Below are positions 37,391-50,954 of a DNA stretch of 64,000 bases, in pieces. The stretch covers positions 496,001 to 560,000 of the forward strand of contig JAQGDQ010000021.1 of the NCBI GenBank assembly GCA_030141605.1, given 5' to 3'. Position 1 is the first letter of the stretch. Each line of letters opens with the position of its first letter. Made by a program: the position numbers and the translations under genes. A model generated the notes under the pieces. It saw only the letters and a list, made by a program, of their open reading frames with translations, did no database searches and had not been told where the DNA came from. This DNA comes from Tubiluchus corallicola. Lineage: Eukaryota > Animalia > Priapulida.

Positions 37391-38092
37391 GATGTATTAC
37401 GTTATTTTGCAGATAAGCCTTTCTTATTCACAGTAGTCAATTTACTTACTCAATTTTTTTTGGGTAGCTGACTTGATAATTTTCGCTGACCTTTGATTTC
37501 TGTTAATTACTCACACAATAACTATTAGTATTAACTTGTTTGCTCAAGGTGCTTCAGGAAACGCATTGTAAACTGCTGCAAAATACCAAGCATAAATTAG
37601 CCTGGATATATATCCAGACTGAGTTGACGATTTTTTACGTTGTAGGAACATTTATTATGATTAGCATCTACAGTAAGCATGACAATTATATGCTGTACTG
37701 TAGCTAATCATTATGGTCCCTTCTTCTACCTTCAGTCAAATCTTGAGTTGGTGATGAAAAATGCATTCGCAGTGTCACTGTCGTATTGAATGCAAAAATC
37801 GAGTTTATATATCATTTAAATATGAAATATGAATATTTCAAACACATGCATAGCATATGCATAGATGCACAGTAAACAGTAAAGTAGATAATACATCTTT
37901 GCGATTGATACCTCGTATTCATGGCTCATATAAAAAAAAAAGATTGATTTGTGATGAGTGATTTTAAAAATAACGTAATAATGAGCGAGTCACCAAAAAC
38001 TTTAGTCTGAAGCAGTTTTCAGAATAATGCCATGGTGCTACAATACTTACATAGTGTACATACAGTAAACATCATTGTATAATTTGCATATG

Positions 38093-38570
38093 GATAGTGA
38101 CCTATAATTTGTCTGTCATAATTTGCACATCTATTGTTGTAGACATTATATCCTTTACATTTTCATTGTTTTAGAAATTGTTCAAGTTTGCATCATCGGC
38201 TGTTCAATGCATGGTGTGTTATTTTCCTGATATTAAAGCATCTTTGTGTAGTTTGTGTATTGATAGTGACCTATAATTTGCCTGCCATAATTTGCACGTC
38301 TATTGTTGTAGACATTATATCGTCTACATTTTTATTGTTTTAGAAATTGTTCAAGTTCGCATCATCAGCTGTTCGATGCAAGGTGTGTGATTTTCCTGAT
38401 ATTAAAGCATCTTTGTGTAGTTTGCGTATCGATAGTAACTTATAATTTGCCTGCCATAATTTGCACGTCTATTGTTGTAGACATTATGTAGTTTACATTT
38501 TCATTGTTTTAGAAATTGTTCAAGTTTGCATCATCAGCTGTTCGATGCATGGTGTGTGATTTTCCTGATA
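38093..38570. repeat. Tandem satellite, 169-bp unit, ~2.8 copies
   Basis: The unit starts GATAGTGACCTATAATTTG at 38093, 38262 and 38431 (exact 169-bp spacing), with high identity between copies. Confidence 0.93.
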
Positions 38571-38988
38571 CTAATTTAACAAATATTAACTAATACAAAA
38601 ACTGTTTCGATGTGTTAGTATATTTTTCCTAGCTGACTGCTGTAAAGTTTTGTGTTGTATTATCCTCTATAAATACCGTACAGTAGCTGCACCCCTAAGT
38701 TTTAGTGTATCTACATGGCATGGGTGTTTGCAAAAGTTTGCTAACATCCCTCTGTCAGACTGTCTCAAATTTTTTCCTGGGAATTTATGTTAAGATTAGG
38801 ATGTTCTTGGGATATTCTTGCACTGTATCTCTCTCTCTCTTTTCGCAATTTCTTCTCTGTTCTCTGTGCTGTAAAAATCAAATTGAAATCCTATAACTTA
38901 TGGTCCTTTCTTTTTTCCCTCACTTTACAGTCGCAGTTTTCTTTAGTACAGCAAGATTGCAATTTATGAAATATAACTTGTTATTTTG

Positions 38989-38993
<5 letters not shown>

Positions 38994-39039
<46 letters not shown>
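38994..39039. repeat. (TA)n microsatellite
   Basis: About 23 uninterrupted TA units. Confidence 0.95.
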
Positions 39040-39046
<7 letters not shown>

Positions 39047-40370
39047 AATAGATACTACTACTTATCCTGCTGGGATGCTGGCTATCAATTCAATATTGCA
39101 GAGGCCTGTAGTTATAATTACTATAGCCAGTGCATCACAGACTCATTGCAACAAGTGTTGCATTTAATTTTATATTATCTTTATTTATATAGTACAAATT
39201 TTATATTATCTTTGCCACTTGAATAGTGACCTGTCAAATTTACAAACTTAGAGGAGTTTGAATAACTTTTGCAAAATATTTTGCAGAAGAGAATGCTCTA
39301 CACTTTTTGTCCTGGATTCTTTAGATACAAGCTATAACTTTGAAACTAAAAGGCCTTGAAATGAAAATTCTTTGAAAATTTTACAGATTTTTCGTATCAT
39401 CCTATTAACTACTCCATTGGATAAAACATCTAAGCATTTCTATTGGCAGTACTAGAAAATATATAGTTTTGCTGTAGTATTTCATACAGTTAGGCCATTG
39501 TGTCACTTACTAATACTTTCTTGAAACTGCTAGGCTATAGACTACAATTTTGCTGTACAGTTTGTGATAAAGTTTTAAATGTTGTATCTTCGTGACTTGT
39601 TAGAACTGTGCTGCTGAACACTGGTACAGACACAATTCCTCACTTGGATTGGGGAGTTGCTTGTGTACAACACTGACTCCCAGTGTCCTAAATAATTTAA
39701 AGGTGTTTCATATGACTGCTGTTTAAAATTTTTTTGTTGGTCATCAAGAGTATGTTGAGCTAATTCTCAGAGCTTTTCATTCAGACTTGATTGTTCTATA
39801 AAGGCTGAATTGCAAAACCTATAGCAGCATTTAAGTTTCGCAATGCTATGATGTCTTGATGATGGTTCGCTGATTAACAATACATTGAGTTTTGCATAGC
39901 TCTAGACAGGCCAATAATTTTGCAGATACAATGGCACTGCAAAAATGTTTTGAATTAACTGCTAAAATCGTATGACTGAAGGTTTGGCCAAACATTTTAG
40001 CTGTTAACCATGAAGTGATTTGTTTAATAATAGTATTATTAATATCTACAAGATAAATCAATTAGTACATTAATGATGTGCAATGTCGAGGAATTCCTCA
40101 GTGATGAAATATAGTGCAAAGTCACTCTTTCCCACAAGTAATAATTGTACAGTGTAAACTCAGGCATCTAATTTGTTTTTATTTCTAGATTCAAACCAGT
40201 TGCACAAGATGTGATTATATACACCTTGAGATCATTCACCAATAAAGTTGCGACTTGGAGAAATTTTGTGTTTGACTGTATGCTATTATTATTTACATAT
40301 CGCCTCTATAAAGGGTAAGTTATTTACCATTTAAACCCTTCGCTATCGCAGAACAATCCGCACACCAAAT

Positions 40371-40856
40371 ATGCTTGATAACAGTGTGCTGGTTGACAGT
40401 AATATGAATGTACGAACTCTCAATGACTCTAATTCGGCAAATAGTCAGCAGAGCACAGCACCGCAGTTGCAACCTGGTGAACTAATCCTCCAGAATAATT
40501 TGTCTATAGATAATGATATAAAGTTGCTTCCAGAAAAGAGTGTTGCAAATTTACTAGATAATCAAGCAGACATGGGATCAAATGCAGAGAAAGAGGAAAA
40601 AGCGGTGGAGTCTGACAGCGAAACTCTGGTATCTCAGAACGATACCTGTCTACCTCTGGATCAGGTGTTGGACACTATGACGGAGTGTGCTCCGTTTTTG
40701 TCATCGAGTGCTGAGAATTTTAAACAAAATACTGTGAGCTCTATGTCTGACTCTAAAACCAGTGTTGACTTTGATGTCTACACCATGGAGACAACTCTTC
40801 CAACAGTGGACTGGGCAACGTTGGAGGATCAACTTCACAAAGCAGCAAAAGAGGAG
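40371..40856 (+). CDS. SCHIP1: First coding exon of a schwannomin-interacting protein 1-like gene (remaining exons probably right of the window)
   Basis: 162-codon acidic low-complexity ORF from ATG, ending TTLPTVDWATLEDQLHKAAKEE|GTAAGC (phase-0 donor). LPxxDWxxLExxL resembles the remembered SCHIP1 motif PxMDWxALExHL. Upstream acceptor TTTCTAG at 40189. The identification rests on this one motif. Confidence 0.65.
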
Positions 40857-40971
40857 GTAAGCCTTTCTTTTAGGAATTAGTGTAGCATTAATGTGTTTCA
40901 AGCCTAACTAGAGTGCAACATTATAAAAATAATGACACTGAGACATGGTAAGAAATCTGAACCGTAATAAT

Positions 40972-42140
40972 AACTAGAAAACCGTTTATGACAAAGTCAT
41001 AAACTGAAGATTCTGTAATATGTTATGCAAGTATAATCTAATGTTGCAAAGTCATGTAATGTAGTGTAATGTGTTACATTACATTATAGCATTATTGGTA
41101 AAAAAATTCCCAGGCTGTTAATCTTTACAGTGTCTGGACTGGTGGAGATTTTTTTTTTGTTAAGTCAGACTAGCTCTAGATCATAATTTTGTTTTTTGTT
41201 AAATTTGCCATGTTTGATTACCTAGGAATTGTATTTCTTTTCAATCAAATCTGAACTTGTTACTATTGAACATGCAGCCCCATGGATCAGGGATTCTAAA
41301 TATTGCCTTCAATGAGTTCCCTGTACTTGATAACCTAGGAACTGCATTTCGTTTAGATGAAATCGGAGTATGCAACATTTTATCTTGTGAGTTTAAGTTA
41401 GGGGTCATTCAATCTCGAATCAACTTACACCACCTAATTTGTCTCACCATCACCGAGACCTTTCATTCGATATATTACAAGCCAATGTTGCTCAATACTG
41501 GAAAAATATCTGTGCCCTATCCCCATTTTCAGTTTTTATCCTCCTTCAAAAAGTTTTTCCAATCTAAATGCCTCATATTTAGTCATGTACAAGAACTAAA
41601 CACCACCTATCCACATGCCAAAAATCGTGGCCCTAGTTCAAAATTGCCGGAGGAGAAAGTACTTAACAAAAACTGATAGCTGTCTACTATCCCTGATCCT
41701 TTGTTCTAATACTGGAAAAATATCTGAGCCCTACCCCCATTTTCAGTTTTTGCCCCCAACAAAAAGCTTTCCCAATCCATATGCCTCATATTTAGTCATG
41801 TACAGGAACTAAACACCACCTAGCCACATGCCAAAAATCGTGGCCCTAGTTCAAAATTGCAGGAGGAGAAAGAACCTAACAAAAACTGATAGCTGTCTAC
41901 TATCCCTGATCCTTTGTTTTAATACTGGAAAAATATCTGAGCCCTACCCCCATTTTCAGTTTTTGCCCCCAACAAAAAGTTTTTCCAATCTAAGTGCCTC
42001 ATATTTAGTCGTGTACAAGAACTAAACACCACCTAGCCACATGTCAAAAATCGAGATCCTAGTTCAAAATTGCAGGAGGAGAAAGGACCTAACAAAAACT
42101 GATAGTTGTCTACTATCCCTGATCCTTTGTTTCAAGGCCA
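40972..42140 (+). mobile_element. Non-autonomous Helentron/HINE-like element with a triplicated 213-bp 3' segment
   Basis: Starts AACTAGA plus hairpin GTTTATGAC-AAA-GTCATAAAC. 213-bp tandem units begin at ~41495, 41708 and 41921. It shares blocks (GAGACCTTTCATT.GATA, CCCCATTTT(T)CAGTTTTTGCCCC, CACCAC.TAGC.ACAT) with the element at ~59985-61390. The superfamily assignment is inferred from architecture. Confidence 0.6.
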
Positions 42141-44296
42141 TTGTTCAGCAACTCGGTTGTCTGAGTCCATACTCCAGGCACATGACCTGTAAGTTTCATA
42201 ACTCTACCTTTGTTTGCTTTTCCAGTTATTGACAATACCTTATTTTAACACTTTCGTCTATGTTGCATGAGCTGGCCATACCCACGTTTTGAAAAATACC
42301 TAATGCACATCTACTCTTACCTGGCTGCCCAAATATGCAAAAACATAGGCTCCTAGTGCAAACCTGTAAGAGGTGTTGACAAAGCCATTTGCCCTAAATT
42401 TCACAATTTCGCTCCTATCGCTTGACCTTTGGCAAAGATGCCACTGTTTTCCTGACAATTCCTGAGAACCTATTTTAGGTGACAGCACAAGTTTTGTACT
42501 TCTAGCTCTTATAGTTTTGGAGCTATTGACATGATCGGATAATTTTGCCAATATCACGTCACCCAATGATGTACACTTTTTGAAAAATACTTAAAGCAAA
42601 ACCAGACTCAAAAAATTAGAGTAATACATATGTTATATAGTGTCCACATTAAAGCAATGAGACCAGTGACATCACTAGTTTTATTTCCAGCGCATTCCAC
42701 CAGTTGGTGCTGTGAAACGGTATTTCATTCTCGGAATAATTTTACTTAGTGTTTTTGCACGCATGTTTTATAGACGTTTTCATCTTTTAACGCATTTATA
42801 GTATCCGAGCAAGCGCAAGCAGGCCACTAATAAAACTGTTCCGACGTTCCTTTCAATTGAATTTCACTATTTACTTTAAGCAGCAACATCCAAATTGCAA
42901 CATTTCATTACTTCGGCTGCAGTCATGTTTTATTACGTCTAATCGGCTGTCGTTCATCAAACAGAGAAACAATGTCTTAAACTGGCATTCACTGTTTTTA
43001 ATCTGCTTTCAGACTGACTACCGCGTCTCAAACAGCAGACGTTTTGTATGTATAGTGTGCATTCTCCAAAATACTAATGTGCCCATTAATATTCATTATT
43101 CCTAAAGTTATCGTCTCAGTAAATTTTACTTTCAAATTGCTTTTATGCGCTTTTGTCTTTTCTGTAGATAATTTAATGAGTGGCGAGAGTGGGTAATCTA
43201 CTAGTTTACAGTCTTGTCTTTTATTATAATATATTGAAAAAAGTACTGCACAAAGTTTTAAATTAATTTAATTTAATTTTGATAAAATAATTTGTAATAA
43301 ATAATGTATTATATGTTACGTTCGTTATAATCAATTCGTCATGGCCATAATTAATTTAAAAATAGAACAATTTCAGAATTGTGCTGCATGTTTTTTGAAT
43401 GTCTAGAAATTGTTTTCGTAAGGCAACTTGTGAAGGAAAGATAAAATTTGTAGGCTGTTACGCGCAAGAATAAACCATAATTTGCGTACATGGGTTATAG
43501 TGGTTCTATACATTGTTAAGTACCAGAATCAGGAAATCAAGAAGCAAGCCTTTGCGTAGGAAATATCCTGATGCCTTTATTGCCTTGACTGTTAACCGAC
43601 GCTTTTACGGAAATATTTACCACTAACTTTCTTCAGAACTACAACAAAGTTGAACCATAATGGTGTTGTGCTTTTTGAGAAGGTAGAAAGATTTAATTAT
43701 CCTTCTTTTTTGAAGCTCCCTTTTGGTACTTCTTGCAGAATACTGGTCATCTGATGGTGTCTGTTAAAATCAAATGAAATAGTTAAAGTAGTGGACAAAA
43801 AATTGTAAGATTGCTTCCTGGACAGGGCATAAACAGGCTCAGCTAGGCTGCCTAAAAATATGAAACAATTTGAAGAAGTTGCAGAAATGTGGAAAAGGAG
43901 GTACATTCAGGCGACAATTTTTAGATTTCCGTTCCTTATTCATGCTTGCCCTTTACTGTAAGTAAAACTAACTCGAATCGACCACTTCTACAATTGATCG
44001 TGTCAAACCTGTTTCGTTACAGTCTTCATCTTGACTTCTTGAACTTGGAAATGTTTTTGGTGAGTTTATTAAAGTGAATCATTCAGCAAATTTTTGTTCT
44101 TCCCACGATTCTTTTCCCCGGTGAGTTGTAGGTGGACGGATAAAATGGATGCTATTGCTACAATGTGTTCTGTTAAGACTTCCCCCCCCCTTACCTTTCG
44201 ACCTCTCAAGCACAGTACCTACAATGTATGTGTTAGAAAATCCTTCTGCAAATTTGGTTTCACTTTTATCACTAATTTTCGAGATACGTTGTAGAT

Positions 44297-44663
44297 CAGT
44301 GGTTCCCAAAGTAGGGGTAAATTACCCCCCGGTTGTAATATGGTTTTTTGGGGGGTGTAACGGGCACCCCTCTGAAAATTTTTAAAACTTCGCTCGGAAT
44401 GCATTTTACGTAGTTTTCTTCTTGAAGAGACTGCCTCCGGCAGGCAACACTGTGTCATAATTGTAATTCTTGTTTTGGCAACAATACAATAACAACACCT
44501 GGAAATTTATTTATGTCACGAGCAAACATCAATAATTTTGCTTGCTTGTGGCATATACGTGTGTTTACTTTTTGAGTTGGAGAAGTAGTACTAGGTGGGG
44601 TGTAATGGACACGACCGGGTTTCCCGATTTGTGTAACGGTCCGAGAAAGTTTGGGAACCACTG
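44297..44663. mobile_element. hAT (Charlie/Buster-type) MITE
   Basis: TIR CAGTGGTTCCCAAA / TTTGGGAACCACTG; perfect 8-bp TSD TTGTAGAT (44289-44296 and 44664-44671) with the central TA typical of Buster-family hATs. Confidence 0.93.
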
Positions 44664-47600
44664 TTGTAGATGAACAATTGGACTAATCAAGATTACGTGT
44701 GGCTACTACAGTTAGTAGATGGCATGATCGCGCAAAGCCAATAGTAATAAGATATTATTTAGTTTGAAGCTCAGTAATTTCTTCCACACGTATAACCTTT
44801 TCTTCATTGTGCGTTAGAGTTAATACAAGACACGCTGCGAAAACCTGTGATGTCTATGACTTATTACCGTAAAATACTATCGCTACTAAGTACTCCATTA
44901 CTGAAGCTGGAGCTATTATCTCGTTCCTGGAAACGCTGTACTTTAGTGACCAATAAAGAGCATTTTGTTTCTGATGCTAGCACCTGTGAATTCTTAGAAC
45001 TTCGTAACTATAAAACCTTGCAGCATAAACTACCATCTAATAATTATATTAATCGACCACGGCTGACGGTTACAGTTGATATTGTATCTCTGACTTGTTG
45101 TCGCTTCTGATAAAAAGGTTAACAGGTTAATACAGTGGTAGATCATTCAGCTGTGACAAAAACGTCAATACTTGTCCTTCGGGGACCCTCTTGCTTTAAC
45201 CTTGTTTTAATCCACTTATGGCAGTGGTTGCTGGCAGCTGAGTTGGCAGCAAGAGGTGTTGTGGCTTGTTATAATAGTGTAAAGAGTTTTGCAAATAGAC
45301 AACACCGTTTTGTGTTTGTCAGACTTGGGAGATAGGGATAAATAGCTGCTAGCTTCAATGAATGACCTCTCAAGCTTTTCCTTTTTTATAGGATTTTTTG
45401 TATTTGTAGCAGAGCTAACTATATATCTGGGGCGCCTCTTTTCCAATTGTCTAATCGTTTGTGAAAGGGCTTGCAGTTGCCTTTTCTGCACTTGCCAGTG
45501 TTTTAAGTTCCATGTACTTTCAATAGAAATTGAAATAGGACAATTCTGTCCTAAATGAAAAGTGAATTTAGGCATTTCTAAGTGCTAGTGAGCGATGCTG
45601 CTGTGTAGTAGACAGGAATACATGCAACCGTCACACGCCTAATATGTGCATTCCTAAGTCGGTTGGCAAGGAAATAAAATATAATAATGATAATGTATAC
45701 TGTTACTGTCCTGAGTAACAACGAATGTAATTGGAGTTGATTAGTTTTACCAAATGAAAAAGGACAATATACGACTGGGATTATAGATTCTGCCTTTGAG
45801 ACTACTTATTTCACAAATAGTTAGGCAAACAATTCATTATAATTGACAACTTAATTGTTTCGTTCTTTACTTGCTTCCCATTGTCATCTTCACTTTCAAC
45901 GATATTTTTTGCTATTCTTGATATTTCGGTGTTTACATGGCCTGGCTGGATATGGTACTTTGTAACACAATATTATTATGTAACCTTGTGTACTGTAATA
46001 TTAGTGCAATCTTCAAGTCACAGTCAAAGTCATCGCCTTTTCGGTGATACTAATTCATGGCTTTCACTAATTTAAGGCATAAGTGATATTGAAATTCGAC
46101 TTTAGCTTTAAAAAGGAACCTTATTTTCATTCAAAAATTAGCATGAATAAACACAATTTTAAAATTGCTTCAACTGAAACATGTGTTTAAGTACATTGGG
46201 GTAGCTTTTATGCCTACTTGGCCTTGGGTGACTTGGTCATTCAGATTCTGGATTGAGTCATTTGAACGGTTTCAACCCAACTGCAAATGACCATCAGAAG
46301 ATAATCATCCATGTCCCAATCATCCTTTACAACTCAGTCTGTTAAGCACTAGGCTATGTTATTTGATAATCATTCAGCTAAATATAGAGAAATGTAGATA
46401 GTTGATGTCGTTTTATGTACATTATATACTAAATATCTTTTAAAATGTGCATTTATTTTAAATACGTTCTAATATGTGCATCACCTTTTTGTTACTAGAT
46501 GAAATATATTATAAGGATAATTTTTAACAGTCATGTTCATTCAACTTATCTGAGAGAGGGGAATGACTCTGGGTATTACACTTCATCCTCCCCTACATTT
46601 TATACAATATCGCATTAACTTATTTAAAAAATTAAGTTTAATAATTATTCATTTTTATCATGTAACTTTAATTGATACCCATGTATTTTATGTACGTAAT
46701 GAAATGAATAAATATATTTTCTTTATTATATTATTTATTTAAGTAAGCAAGCCAGGACACAGCTCAAATCGACGTTTCTTCATTATTCATACTTTGATAA
46801 ATGATGTCATCATTTTTGCCGTTACTCTGCGCGTCGCCGCTGACGCTGACATTTATAGCTTTATAAGAAGTCCTGCACATCGAGCTGTCTTTAAAGAGAA
46901 GCCATGCGCAGCATCTAGCATCCTGCAACGTGATGAAGCCATGCACTAGACTTGTGTCATAACGTTTTATAGTTGATTCATAATAATCGCTCTATACTTA
47001 TTAAAGTGCGTCGTAATTTGTGCTCGACTAATTTTGCTTAATTGGGAGATGATTTCTGATGGTTGTGAAGCTTTGCTGCGCGTACTGAATGTGTTTCAGA
47101 GAAATTCAAATGATATTTTGTATTGTCACTGTTTAGAAAACTTTTTTAGCTGCATCGCTGAGTGAATATCCAAATTTCTAACGAACGCGGGTTATTCAGG
47201 TGTTCAAAGCTGAGCTGGTTGCTTCAGATGATTGACAGTTTTAGTTCTCTTGCTGACGATGATTGTTATAGATGACTGTTTTTGCGTTCTGTTCACGAAT
47301 AGGTTTACTTAAAGGAGCGTTCTAAGTACAAGTAGGTTAACGACTCATTTTAAAAAGCGAGGCCACAAACATAGAGCATTTGGCATTGAAGATAGAGTTC
47401 TTCAAACATTAGAAAATGAGTAATCTTTGTACTTCGTTATACTCTTCTTTGTTTACAAGTTTAAATTTATATTATAGCTGAAAAATTTGCGTACACTCTT
47501 ATTCACTGTCGCCGGGCACTAATTTAATGTTCCGAACGACAAGTTTGTCTTTTTAATTTATTTGACATAACCTTATTTTATTGGACAGTTCATTTGTTTC

Positions 47601-48149
47601 CTCTTTTTGGCTGTACTTACACGCTCCCTAAGCATGCTGCGCTTGATACAGGCACATCTTTGCAACTGTGTTTCTCGGACATATCTAAAACAATGCCTAA
47701 GCCGTGTTTGTACAATTCTTTGATTGTGTTTTTGGTACCGAAGTTTCTAATTAAATTTCTAAACTTCACTGTATAATGGAAAATTCTTTCTTAGGCAATT
47801 ATTCGGTCAGTTCATTCTCATTAGTTTTTCAAAACTCACTGCGTCTTGCCTTGTCAAGCGCTAGTTTGATGTTCCATGAAACAGCTTTTTGCTTTAAGTT
47901 ATTTAAAGTAACCTTGTTTTTTAACAAGTAGAGTAAGATAAATTAATAATAATGTAAGTAATTATAACATGTACGTTTTTCTTGCCGAATTTGTTTATAT
48001 TCCTTAGGCCTGCACCTACAAGCATATCTTTGTAAAACTGTAATTGTCCTTATATAAAGGCATGGCCTTGTCCACATTTACATCAGTTATGTCGTGATTA
48101 TATAATTGTATTTATGAGTAATCACGTGTCTTGCTTTTCAGTTTTACCA

Positions 48150-48450
48150 ATCCATTTGTCGTCATTTGAATATAAAGCAGTTTTCTGTTTCTGACCAAGT
48201 GCTTCAACATCCGTGTTTATGAAACTCGTTGGAAGTTGGGGCTTCCATTTATCCACAGTATTACCAACTTCTGACGTTGACAAAATTGAATTCTAGTAGT
48301 GACTTTTCAGCGACTGAGTCGTATACTCTTCTGAATTTTAAACGATAGGAAGTCAGGAAGTTGGGCTTTCCAAGCTTAAGCAGTTCGTATATTTTGTCAC
48401 ACTGACATTACATGTTGGCACATCAATATATTGAAAATTGGGCTGTAAAA
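48150..48450 (+). pseudogene. Highly decayed CR1/L2-like LINE ORF2 C-terminal fragment
   Basis: Interrupted translation FLTKCF...SDVDKIE...KLGFPSL resembles the CR1/L2 C-terminal pattern (DIDKIESVQ...LGLPSL). Confidence 0.3.
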
Positions 48451-50915
48451 TATTAAAAATCAAAAGGTGAAATAAAGAACCGCGTATCTGCAAAATTCGT
48501 CTAATTTTAACCTTTAAATTCTAAATTCTAAATTTTAACCTCTAAATTCTAAATTGTATAAAACGAGTGCTAAACGTTGCAATTAAGAATGCGGTTCTGC
48601 ACGTATTTAAAGGACAAGAAAAGGGATACCTGAAGTAGGTTTCAGAAAAATCCCCTTAAAAATTATATTACTTTATAGCAATTTTATACGTAAATCGTAC
48701 TCGCGTTGCAAGGATTTTTGTTTTTCATTTTAAATCTCCCGCAGTGCTCTTCCGACGGCGCCATTACATGAGGTCACCTACGCAAACGTAAATCAGGGGA
48801 ACAAAAGGAAATGTCAAACTGTATCCCAAAAAATTTTCCATGCAAAGTTGTGTTACTTAGAATTTCGCTTACTTGCTTAAAAGACTTATGTAACTAGAAA
48901 AGAAAATTATGAATTATTTAAAATGTTTTCACCAATTGGTAAAATGTCGTTGACTCGCCTCCAGGGTGCACCACTCACTAACCAAAAACGTATGTTTAAT
49001 TTTATTGACAAGATGCAGTAATTTCAAATTTTACTTAGTTAGTGACGTGTGCGCTACGAATGCTCTGATTATTCTTTCAAACTTTACTTAGTGTTATCTA
49101 AACTTGTTTCAAATGACTTATCGTCAAAATATCTGCATCTAACAGTCAACGCGGGAGTTTAAATTTACATGTTTTATACAGCGTTACTGCTAATGCAAGC
49201 CCTGTATGCAAAAAAGCACCACGTAAGTCGGTAAGTGGTATAAAATTTCAAGACGATTTTTTAAGTTTTACGTAAGTGGAGGGTTTTCTTGCGCTTTAAA
49301 GAGTCTGTAATGAGTTCTAAATGCCTGTTTTTATCTCATTTATCAAATGATTTATATCCGTTTAGTTTAGGCATTACTAGTATTTTACTCTGGGTGAGAC
49401 ATAGTTGTGCTCTCCCGAAGGATTTCGTGGTATAGAATGCCTTATCATTTTTCATACTTAGGCAATCCCAAGAGTTCGCTCTGCTTTAATTTACGCCTAT
49501 ATACTGCTCATCATTCAAGCTATGCCTTAACGCACAGATAATAGCTGTACTTACGTTATTTATTAACGGAAGCGCAATACAAGCTAACTCCGGCCCCCTT
49601 TAAATTGTAATTTGTTTAAATTATATCCGCATCTACGTCATCCTGTCTCGTTTTCTGTTAAACTGCTCACTCGGCTTTGCGGAATCCTCGTTTCTGTAAG
49701 ATCTTTTCACGATTCAGCCGTCCTTGGTTCGTTAGTACCATTCAGGCACGGAGAGCTTGTTGGGAGCAAGCTATTAAGAGGATTTTGTTGCGAATGTTCA
49801 TAATCTCATATAACAGTGATTGAATAACTGCTCGTTAATGTATACGTGCATGTAATCACTTCCTTTATTTCCCATATAACTGTTATATTAATCAAGTCTC
49901 AGCATAATATTGACTGTTCTTATCATATAGATTGCGCGGTACTGTCGGACACTGGCCAGCGTTCCCGACATATACCAGTGCGAACTGTTAAGCAAAGATG
50001 GAAAAATCTTATGTATTGTGAACCTGCAAGTTTATAAGGATATGACCAGTACAGAATTTAGCCCATTATCATTTGGCCTACAGTTACTTAGTTATTTGCT
50101 TACAGTTTTTGCTTCATTAATGTGAGAGCGCTTCGCGTACATGCAGCATTGTGTTACAAGAGTAGGACCCGAATTTGAAGCTGCATCACATTGAAATGCA
50201 AAAGCAATAGGAAGCTCAAGAGAACAAACTCAAATGCGAAGCAAATTTCTAAAGTGAGATAGCTGAGATGTCTTCAAGGTCAAGTTCCAGAAGGCCAATT
50301 TTCCTAAGGCTGAAGGGGCAGTTCAAGATGACGTGACATGGGTTCACTTTACAGATGTGTTACCCAAATATGAACCTTTGAACGTTCTGACAAAATATTA
50401 AATCAGTGGCCCATAACTAAGTGTGGAAGTCCACAACTTTTTTGCGTAGATATATTCTGCATAAACAACTATTATTCAGTTTTATCAATAGCATGTCTTT
50501 CAATAATAACGGTAGTCATTGCAGCCAAAAAGTAACTTATTTTAGATGGGTTCCTGTATGTATACTATACGTTTTTATATTTGGATATTGTTTATTAAAG
50601 AAAACAGTAGCGTGTGCATGGTTAATTGCATCATCACTTTATTCTGCTCTTCCGTGACAACTAGAACATTTCATGTAGCTGTTTAACCTAAGCAATTAAA
50701 CTCGCTGGTCCTGATAGAGGAATTTTGTAGTCATTATTGACTAGCGCTATATCCCTGTGGGAATGGCGACGTCAGCGCTCACCTGAGCTGTATCAACGTT
50801 TTGATGACAGGTGAATTAATTTGACATTTTCTATATACTTTGTTAACTGAACGTTTAATCTGTGGCCTGTGGTGACGGATATGGTTGACATAGCTAGGAC
50901 TGTTGGTTGAACCAA

Positions 50916-50916
<1 letters not shown>

Positions 50917-50954
<38 letters not shown>

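Noticed and set aside
41257-42232. Repeated ORFs MPKIVALVQNCRRRK... as a tandem peptide gene family
   Set aside because: They arise from the 213-bp (multiple of 3) tandem unit of a non-coding repeat.
42800-43210. Helitron-like 3' ends (...GGCCACTAAT ~42830; ...GGGTAATCTACTAGT ~43205)
   Set aside because: The subterminal hairpins are degenerate and no 5' TC end could be paired with them.
43500-47500. Scattered fragments resembling LINE RT (FEKVERFNY ~43673), a 119-aa minus ORF (45216-45575) and a possible gypsy ADD motif (~47250)
   Set aside because: Too degenerate to assign by eye; they need a profile search.
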